A DNA stretch of 64,000 bases, from the NCBI RefSeq assembly GCF_006345805.1, contig NC_043011.1, positions 49,922,464-49,986,463 on the forward strand, written 5' to 3'. The stretch's first letter is position 1. Each line of letters opens with the position of its first letter. Positions 54,499-64,000 of this stretch are shown one piece after another. The stretch comes from Octopus sinensis (taxonomy: Eukaryota). The notes beneath the pieces were generated by a model. It saw only the letters and a program-made list of their open reading frames with translations, was not told the origin of the DNA and did no database searches. A program made the position numbers and the translations under genes.

Positions 54499-54499
<1 letters not shown>
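54085..54499 (+). mobile_element. Non-autonomous Helitron-like element
   Basis: 3' end CTAG|T at 54495-54499 preceded by hairpin ccgagcaacgccggg; internal direct repeat of gagtc(t)acgatttaaaaaaaa. Confidence 0.6.
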
Positions 54500-54529
<30 letters not shown>

Positions 54530-55237
54530 GTATGTATAAATTTTCTTTTCAATGTGTCGCCGCTGTGGTTAGCAAATATTGCAAATATGCTATGCTTTGA
54601 ATCTACATCTAATGTTCATAAAAGTAGTTAGTGGGCAGTCAGTGCGCAGATAGCCGGCGTGTTTGTCCATGTGCGACGTGCGTCATCGACGATGTATATA
54701 TGTATTTACGAGTAGGTCCTATATACGTACAAACTTACATTTATGAGCGTGTCCGTAAGTATTTCTCTGTGTATAATACATGTACGATGGCTTGATGGCT
54801 TGTATGTACATATGTTTGTACGAGCCTACATCTATATATATATATATAACGGGAAGCTTTATGAAAATAAACAAAAGACGAAGGCAGGTGGAATACAAAC
54901 AAACAATTGTTTTAGTATGGCGCTCAGGAATATAAATAAAACAAGTCTTTTACATTTCGAGCCTACGCTCTTCGACAGAGAGATACACAGAAAAGAAACA
55001 CGGAGAGAAACAAGGAAAGAAAAAAATACGTGCAGAAGCTAGCGATTCAACATGGCGATATGTATATGGCTTGTAGACTTGCGAGAGGTATCCTCTGTAT
55101 ATAGAATGCATTTCGTAGTGCTCAAGAGATTTAGACATGAGCAGGTAGAGGAGTAAATGTAGGGACAAGTAAGTTAAGCAAATCGATATATAAAATATAT
55201 TAAATACATTTGATGTATTTAATATTTTCCGTATATA

Positions 55238-55455
55238 AGGCGGCGAGCTGGCAGAAACGTTAGCACGCCGGGCGAAATGCTTTCCGGTATTTTGTCCGCC
55301 TTTACGTTCTGATTTCAAATTCCGCTGAGGTTGATTTTGCCATTTATCCTTTAGAGGTCGGTAAATTAAGTACCAGTTGCGTACTGGAGTCGATCTAATC
55401 GACTGGCACCCTCCCAAAAATTTCGGACCTTGTGCCTAGAGTGGAAAAGAATATT
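55238..55455 (+). mobile_element. SINE family A, full length
   Basis: aggcggcgagctggcagaaacgttagcacgccgggcgaaatgc head and core. Confidence 0.8.
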
Positions 55456-55592
55456 TTTAATATATGTTTATATATTTGTGCGATCGTATGAATATATATA
55501 TGTATGTATAAATGTATGTATGTATGAAGTAAATGTGTTCGTGTGTATGCGTGCGCGCGCATATATGCGTGAAGTATATTGGTATATTCGTG

Positions 55593-56150
55593 AAGGCGCG
55601 TGGCTTGAACTCATGATCATAGGGTTGTGGTTTTGATTCCTGGACCGGGTGACGCGTTGTGTATTCTTGAGCAAAATACTTCATTTTCACGTTGCTCCAG
55701 TCCACTCAGCTGGCAAAAATGAGTAATCCTCCGACGGACCAGCGTCCAGTCCAGGTGGGGAATTTCTACGCCACTGAAACCGGGAAACCGGCCAGTATGA
55801 GCCTGACATTGCTCGAGAAAGAACATTTATTTTATATATCAATATATTAGGCTCACGATCTTTCGATTGTGATTTCGAATCTCTGCGGCACATTGTGCAA
55901 GATATTTTACCTTGAGCAAGATATTTTATTTCACGTTGCTACGGTTCGATCTGCTGGCAAAAATCTACTGTACGTATAATGAAAAGGGCCCACTTTGAAA
56001 CATTCTGCATCATGTTAAATAACCCTGAGTATTACATGAAGGCTACGTGTGTCAGTAGAGTGCCTAGCGATTTGCACGCAAGTTTCACGGGGAAACTATT
56101 CCGCAGATCGGATCAACTGGAACTCTCGTTTTCATAACTGATGGAGTGTA
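55593..56150 (+). mobile_element. Two SINE family C/D copies in tandem
   Basis: tttcacgttgctccagtccactcagctggcaaaaa body occurs twice. Confidence 0.65.
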
Positions 56151-56243
56151 AGTGGTATATGCATGTTCATGAGTATATCCACACGCACACATACATGTAT
56201 ATATATACACACCACACACATATATATATATATATATATATAG

Positions 56244-56565
56244 ATATATATTGTATAAAGGGCATTATTACACATAAATGCCTCACACTAGGAGGGACAA
56301 AGTCATTACTACCAAAAATATACTAATCATACCCAAATGCAGTTTTTCAAAGCAAGACATTTAAAAATGAATTATGTTCTGTATCACCGTGATTTCACAT
56401 ACAACTGTATGTGAAATCACGTGATACAGAACATAATTCATTTTTAAATGTCTTGCTTTGAAAAACTGCATTTGGGTATGATTAGTATAATTTTTGGTAG
56501 TAATGACTTTGTCCCTCCTAGTGTGAGGCATTTATGTGTAATAATGCCCTTTATACAATATATAT
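56244..56565. repeat. Near-perfect palindrome, 160-bp arms, 2-nt spacer
   Basis: Centre ...tttcacataca-ac-tgtatgtgaaa...; the arms differ by only two single-base indels seen. Confidence 0.95.
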
Positions 56566-57082
56566 ATAATTAATTTGTTCAAAAGAAAAAATTATTTTCG
56601 GATTCTTTTCTTTATGAGGTTTTCACGCTAGCTACCCGATAATTTCTTGTTAAGATCCCTTATTAAGAGATTATCCTTAATTGTTAAACTTATATATATA
56701 TATATATATATATAATTTTATACTCTAGGCAGGAGGCCCAAAATCATTTTTTTTTTTTTGTGGTGGGGCAGTCGATTAGATCAATTCCAGTACGCAGCTG
56801 GTACTTACTTCATCGACCCCGAAATGATGAAAGGTATATAAAAACTCAACAGAAAAATGTACATTTTCCTGTACGCGTGGGATTTGAACCCACGCCTCTT
56901 TGTTTACGCTACTAAGTGTGTTGCCGTTAAACGAACGCACCGACCTATACTTCGTAGTAAATATATATAGGTAGATAGATAAATTAATAATAAAAGGGTC
57001 AAAATTTATCAATCAAATTAATTAATTAATCAATCAATTAATTAACAATTTCGCCAGGTTGTTCGGTACGTTAAAATAACCA

Positions 57083-57448
57083 GATCTTTTCGGTTTGAAC
57101 GGCAGTTTTTAACATAATTTCTAGGTAATTAAAAAATTTTAAACTTCGCATACTGGTAGAATGTGTTTATAAAACATCTTTTTCTCTTGCCTTTATTGAG
57201 AAAATTCTATAGTTTGTAAGATATTTGTGGGTTTTTTAAAGCATTCTGTCCCGTATGAATATGTCCCTCGTTTAAGAAATAGATTGGGTTTATTTACATT
57301 TGTGAAGAAAAAAGATACCCTTCCCCAACCCCTAACCCTAACCCTAAAAAGAGATTGAAATCCAATAGATCGATTCTAGGGTCATAATTATGGGTGACAA
57401 TTTCATATGACACTGCTAGAAAAAGCTGCCGTTCAAACCGAAAGGTTC
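57083..57448. mobile_element. MITE with about 25-bp TIRs and internal (CCCTAA) units
   Basis: gatcttttcggtttgaacggcagttttt ... aaaagctgccgttcaaaccgaaaggttcc. Confidence 0.75.
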
Positions 57449-57605
57449 CAAATAACCTTTATAGGTAGAATAATACAGATATTTGCTAATTTTAAGCATA
57501 ATTATAAATAGGGTTCAGCCAATTGCTTCACCACATAGCGAATTTAGAAATAGGAGTTAAAATTCCCTTTTCTACTACTCTAAGATTCTCCGGAAATTCT
57601 TACAG

Positions 57606-57707
57606 TAGTTATGACCTCATCCTCAAGAAATTGACGAATGTTGCCGATGTGCAACTTTCGTCAATTTCTGGAAAATGGAGTCATAACCCCGAAATATTGA
57701 ATAGAAG
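57606..57707 (+). CDS. Candidate 102-nt symmetric exon (SYDLILKKLTNVADVQLSSISGKWSHNPEILNR)
   Basis: Acceptor ccggaaattcttacAG, consensus donor AAG|GTAAGT; a single open frame. Confidence 0.3.
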
Positions 57708-57924
57708 GTAAGTCTACATCAATTCAAATATTTGTCTCCTTGTGATTTACTTTGCATTTACTTCGCGTTCTTTTAGCCTTACCCACGATGTTTCATAAAA
57801 TATATATATATATATATAATATATATATTAGATATATATGTATGTATACAAAGAGAGAGAGATGAAGGGTTAGATAGATTGACAAAGAGGATAGAGTGAT
57901 ATGTACATATATATATACCATATA

Positions 57925-57986
<62 letters not shown>

Positions 57987-58016
57987 TGTATAGATCGATA
58001 GATAGATAGATAGATA

Positions 58017-58380
58017 TTGTCCCTAAGGACCATCTTCCACAGCACTCCGAGCACCTTCTGATGATGAGGTGATGACCCGAGATGAGGTGATGACCCGGTA
58101 AATAGGAAACTGCTTGTTGTCATAAGGGCCAAGCAACAATAAATTTGTTGGTCATATGATGAATAAAGAAGGCCTGCAGTATTTGGCGATAATAAGAAAG
58201 TTTGAAGTGAATATAAGCAGAGGATGTACACGGATGATGTACATGTCCAGCTGCACAAATATATTGAGAGAAAGAGGCATTACACATCACCGAGAGGTAC
58301 ATGTCACATAAAACAAAGGAACAAAGATTTGTGGCATGCCGTGATCGCATCTGTCCTACATTCTTGACATAACACCTAAA
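58017..58380 (+). mobile_element. RTE-clade LINE C-terminal fragment
   Basis: Frameshifted KLLVVIRAKQ/KFVGHMMNKEGLQYLAIIRKFEVNISRG...LWHAVIASVL, resembling RTE ORF ends; local duplication of gatgaggtgatgacccg. Confidence 0.55.
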
Positions 58381-58389
58381 GCTTTGTAT

Positions 58390-58439
<50 letters not shown>

Positions 58440-58502
58440 GTATATCTGTTTATATATATATATGTGTATATATGTATATATGTATATATGTATATATATA
58501 TG

Positions 58503-58533
<31 letters not shown>

Positions 58534-59222
58534 GTAAATGTATATGTATATATATATATATACGTATTTATATAGTCTGTGTGTATGTATACACACACAT
58601 GTATATATGTATATTTATACGCACACATATTTTATGTATATATGTATGTAAATTTGTATATGGCTATACATTGGTATATAGTTACATATACAGGCGTGTA
58701 ACTGTACATAATACATATATACATACATACATCCATACGTACATACATACATACATACATACATGCATACATACATACATACATACATACATACATACAT
58801 ACATACATACATACATACATACATACATACATACATACATACATACATACAGTCACCTATATGGCCAAAAGCTGAGACTAAACCACTTTCGATTTTGTCT
58901 CAAGTAATCTGATAATTGAAAAGAATATTTATCAACGAAATTTCCAGAAATCGCTTTGAACTGATAAACCTCTGGTAACCATGGCAACATATTTGCTGTT
59001 AAGAGGAAATGACCGACCTTCCTACATTATTTGTGACGTCACAGTTGACTAGGCGACAGATAAATGTGTCCATATCTCACTTTGTGTTGCAATTCATTAT
59101 AAATGGTATTAGCTTGCGACACAGATAAATTTCACATTTTGCAATGTTTACCATGAAAGGAGACAGAGACAGAGATAGGAAATATATATATATATATATA
59201 TATATATAGCTAGCTAGCTAGC

Positions 59223-59304
<82 letters not shown>

Positions 59305-59339
59305 TGTATGTGTGTGGCTATGAATATAAATGTATATAC

Positions 59340-59389
<50 letters not shown>

Positions 59390-59500
59390 TATATATTATA
59401 TATTTATATATGATAATGTTTATGTGTGTGTGCGTATGTATATACTTATATAAATATATATGTAACATATACATACATATATATATATATGTATATGTTA

Positions 59501-59523
<23 letters not shown>

Positions 59524-59531
<8 letters not shown>

Positions 59532-60600
59532 CAACAATTGAGGGTAAAATTAATAATTATTAATCAATTTCACCAAGTATTCAGTATGTAAAGGGACCAT
59601 TATAGGCGAATTCAAAATATTGCATTATATATAAGGGCTTAGTAAAATAATTACTTTGCCACATACTGAACTCATTAGAAATAGCAGCTAAAGAAATTTC
59701 TTCAGGTATTTCTAATACTTAAAGAAGATATCTCTCAGATAGTGTTTGCCTAAACCAACTCACAAAAGTATGGGGGAAAAAAAAATTAAAAAATCAAGTG
59801 CAAAGGTTATTTGGAACGTACGTTTCTAGATTAGTCAATTCGACATTTCTTTCTTCAGCTCAGAATTCCTTGAATCGGATTTGGGAACACTGAAAGTCGG
59901 GAGCATACCCTTTCGCTTCTAATCATCACCTCTAATTCTGCTCGAACTAAAGTGCTATCAAATTCGAATATGCAAGCGAAGAATTTCTGCTCTCCCCTTT
60001 CACCAGCGTGGGTTAAAATTGACAAACACCATGTATTAACGCAGAATTTAGCAGAGAGAGATGAATTATAATTTCAACAATTGAGGGTAAAATTAATTAA
60101 TTATTAATCAATTTCACCAAGTATTCAGTATGTAAAGGGACCATTATAGGCGAATTCAAAATATTACATTATATATAAGGGCTTAGTAAAATAAATTACT
60201 TTGCCACATACTGAACTCATTAGAAATAGCAGCTAAAGAAATTACTTCGCTTGCATATTCGAATTTGATAGCACTTTTAGTTCGAGCAGAATTCTAGAGG
60301 TGATTAGAAGCCGAAAGGGTATGCTCCCGACTTTCAGTGTTCCCAAATCCGATTCAAGGAATTCTGAGCTGAAGAAAGAAATGTCGAATTGACTAATCTA
60401 GAAACGTACGTTCTCAAATAACCTTTGCACTTGATTTTGTAATGTTTTTTCCCCATACTTTTGTGAGTTAGTTTAGGCAAACACTATCTGAGAGAGATCT
60501 TCTTTAAGTATTAGAAATAGCTGAAGAAATTTCTTTAGCTGCTATTCTAATGAGTTCAGTATGTGGCAAAGTAATTTAATTTACTAAGCCCTTATATATA
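59524..60600. mobile_element. About 545-bp HHR-bearing repeat unit: one full copy, a partial tandem copy and an inverted segment
   Basis: aatttcaacaattgaggg at 59527 and 60070; 60244-60600 is the reverse complement of part of the unit; HHR motifs at 59812-59862 (-) and 60365-60416 (+). Confidence 0.8.
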
Positions 60601-60676
<76 letters not shown>

Positions 60677-60694
60677 GTTTAATATACAAAAATG

Positions 60695-61150
60695 TTCAGA
60701 TGGAATGAAGCTTTTCAGGAGACCAGGATGACACATGCAAGACTCAACACACATTTAAAGAAAACTGTTGCGACTGAAAAAGTGAATTGAGACATTCACC
60801 TTTTGTGTGCGCAGTTTATGATGGACCATGACTTTATTTTGCTGGGTTCAAATCTCATTTGCGCACTCATGAAAAAGAAACGTCCACCAACTACTCTGCC
60901 TATATATCGGTGTACACCTTTTAATGCTATGTATGACATAAGTTCTACAAATCTAAGGGAGGTCTCAAAAGATATTTGAGGATCCACAAAGATCAGAACA
61001 TAACTGCAGCTCTTGGTGGTCCAGATATGCAATTTATATGGGTGTCTTCTCAATACATTGCCTGGCTTAAAAAGCCTCATCAGATGCCATGATGCAACTA
61101 AGGTGTCAGTACAAGAGGTGGTAAGACTCTGCATAAAGAGTAGACAAACC
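60695..61150 (+). mobile_element. RTE-type LINE 3' fragment with three decayed C2H2 zinc fingers
   Basis: FVCAVYDGP*LYFAGFKSHLRTH; CYV*HKFYKSKGGLKRYLRIH; TLPGLKSLIRCH. Confidence 0.6.
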
Positions 61151-62049
61151 ACCATGTATATTTAGTTATAAGTGTGCTTGTGCCTACCGGACATATAATG
61201 CTAGTTATATAACTTTGTTGCATATAACTATATATCTTCAATATTACTTTCAAAATATTCTCAAAATTATGAAAATAACTTTAGATTTCAAAATTCCCTT
61301 GCACATAGCTTTAACCAGATATATATAAACATAATTCAATTTTGTGAGCAAACAAGGCTCACATTCGCTTCAGGCTGACAATTCTCTGCAGCATATGTCA
61401 TTCGTGTCTCATGGGCAAGCTGGTACTCGTCTTCCAGTTGGTTGAGAATACAACGAACACGATATTTCGGAATGAACACATAAATATACAGTCTAGAGAA
61501 ACAACTTATAAGATCGGAATGAATAAATGAATATACAGAATAAGGAAACGAATTACAAGGATTTATCTCCCTTGCAGTACTTCTGGCCACATTCAAGTTT
61601 ATGAATAAATATATGACAATGAATACACATATATATATACATATACATGTACACCCATGCAGAACATGTGAATATATACACACACACAAATATACACACA
61701 CACACATACACACACTCACTCACACCTGCGTTATGCATTTTGTTCGTGTTTGAATTTCAGCACATTATTGTTTGTATTTGCACATATGTGCTTTTGATTG
61801 CAGAGTTACACATATGTTGATTCGAAACTTGATCCATGGTGTTGAGAATCCATATAATAACATGTGGTGTCATACACATATGTATATAACCACACACACC
61901 TATTCAAATATACATACACATATTCATACATACACATATTCATACACACACATACATATGCATATATATATATTTATTTGTATAGATAGATAGATAGATA
62001 GATAGATATACATACATACAAAAATCTCTCTCTCCTCTCTCTCTCTCTC

Positions 62050-62080
<31 letters not shown>

Positions 62081-62084
62081 GTGT

Positions 62085-62490
62085 GTGTGTAAAAAAAGCT
62101 TGCTTACTCACCACATGATTCCGGGTCCAGTACCATTGCACCTTGGCCTGGCGTCTAGACAGAAACTTAAAATGGCCCATCGTATATATATATATATAAT
62201 ATATATATATATGTGCGTGTGTGTGTGTGTGTGTTTGTGTCTTTGTCTCTGTGTGTGTGTGTGTGTCTGTCTGTCTGTGTCAGTGTGTGTCTGTGTTGTA
62301 CTACCACCATCGCTTGAGAACCGATGTTGGTGCGTTTACGTCCCCATAAGCCAGCGGTTTGCCAAACGGGGGCCAATAGAGTAAGTACTTGGCTTATAAG
62401 GAATAACTTCTGCGGTCGATTTCTTCGACTAAAGGCAATGCTCCCACATGGCCGCAGTCAATCTACTGCAACAAATAAAAAATAAAAGAG
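62085..62490 (+). mobile_element. SINE family B
   Basis: Head agcttgcttactcaccacatgattccgggtcc and tail gaccgatgttggtgcgtttacgtcccc. Confidence 0.75.
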
Positions 62491-62704
62491 TATAATTGCA
62501 ACTGCATCACGCATTTTGTTCATGTGTCTGCGCCCGCACATGACTTATTGTGTTCTAACACGTGGTTGGAATAGTGTAGTGCATCGGTTTTTATATCAAT
62601 GATATTTATATTACAGAACTCTTTCAACACTCACACATACACATATATATCCACAAATGTTCCCTATTAGGGCAACAAAAATACTGTTTAATTGTGAAAT
62701 TGAT

Positions 62705-63335
62705 TTCTGAAGAAATTTCTTTAGCTGCTATTTCTAATGAGTTCAGTATGTGGCAAAGTAATTTATTTTACTAAGCCCTTATATATAATGTAATATTTTG
62801 AATTCGCCTATAATGGTCCCTTTACATACTGAATACTTGGTGAAATTGATTAATAATTAATTAATTTTACCCTCAATTGTTGAAATTATAATTCATCTCT
62901 CTCTGCTAAATTCTGCGTTAATACATGGTGTTTGTCAATTTTAACCACGCTGGTGGAAAGGGGAGAGCAGAAATTCTTCGCTTGCATATTCGAATTTGAT
63001 AGCACTTTTAGTTCGAGCAGAATTCTAGAGGTGATTAGAAGCCGAAAGGGTGTGCTCCCGACTTTCAGTGTTCCCAAATCCGATTCAAGGAATTCTGAGC
63101 TGAAGAAAGAAATGTCGAATTGACTAATCTAGAAACGTACGTTCTCAAATAACCTTTGCACTTGATTTTTTAATGTTTTTTCCCCCATACTTTTGTGAGT
63201 TGGTTTAGGCAAACACTATCTGAGAGAGATCTTCTTTAAGTATTAGAAATAGCTGAAGAAATTTCTTTAGCTGCTATTTCTAATGAGTTCAGTATGTGGC
63301 AAAGTAATTTATTTTACTAAGCCCTTATATATAAT
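62705..63335 (+). mobile_element. Third copy (about 1.15 units) of the 545-bp HHR-bearing repeat
   Basis: ctgaagaaatttctttagctgc at 62707 and 63253 (period 546); HHR motif at 63096-63147. Confidence 0.85.
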
Positions 63336-63357
63336 GTTATATATATATACATATATA

Positions 63358-63512
63358 CGACGGGCTTCTTTCAGTTTCCGTCTACCAAATCCACTCACAA
63401 GGCTTTGGTCGGCCCGAGGCTATAGTAGAAGACACTTGCCCAAGGTGACACTCAGTGGGATTGAACCCGGAACCGGTTGGTAAGCAAGCTACTTACCACA
63501 CAGCCACTCCTC
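63358..63512 (-). mobile_element. SINE family B head
   Basis: cgacgggcttctttcagtttccgtctaccaaatcc...accacacagccactcct. Confidence 0.75.
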
Positions 63513-64000
63513 CATTGTATTCATCTCACTATCTGTTTCCTCAACAGATAAACTTTCAACAGACACTAATATTACAAGCGAAATATTTGTACCAAGAAAG
63601 TAATAACTCTTGAAATATGAAATGTCAGAGATTTATTAAATTTGTCGCGTAATGCTGTAGCATCTACATGATTGTCGCTTTTTGTGTCTCTTCGTAACGG
63701 AAGAATTAATCAACGAAAGAAATATGATATTGTCCAGAATATATCTTGGAACAGATTTTGGTAATAGTGAAATTAAACTTTAACATACCTGACATTTTTT
63801 GACGAGAAAATATAAATGTCGATATATAGGAAATGAAGACGTATATTTTTTTATTATTATGTGTAATTCATATCTTACGACATTCATAGTTTATTGTATG
63901 AAATTATTTACAGCTGATATTATCGTTTCCAAAGATTATATCAGGTTAACAGAAAATACTTTTAAGAAGTGATTTCATTAACGTAATTATTCTTATAGAA

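Noticed and set aside
57329-57347. Telomere-like (CCCTAA) units
   Set aside because: Only about 3 units, internal to a MITE; not an interstitial telomere.

Overview
AT-rich, microsatellite-dense eukaryotic DNA. The SINE/LINE repertoire and (TA)n/(TAA)n/(TACA)n load look like coleoid cephalopod (Octopus-type) intronic or intergenic sequence; the taxon is inferred from remembered repeat families, not a search. No intact protein-coding ORF was found: nearly all ORF-track entries are microsatellite or transposon read-throughs. The window holds (i) dozens of tRNA-headed SINEs, (ii) R4/Dong-like RT+RLE LINE fragments sitting in (TAA)n tracts, (iii) RTE-type LINE 3' ends with C2H2 fingers, (iv) decayed Penelope-like elements (GIY-YIG, RT), (v) Tc1/mariner, MITE and Helitron-like remnants, and (vi) a few short exon candidates with strong splice sites. 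The most striking signal is about 15-20 minimal type-I hammerhead-ribozyme (HHR) motifs from at least 7 sequence families. Most have a palindromic stem III, many abut (TA)n tracts, several lie in fold-back inverted repeats, and one marks a ~545-bp circularly permuted, retrozyme-like repeat unit. All coordinates were read by eye and repeat boundaries are approximate.
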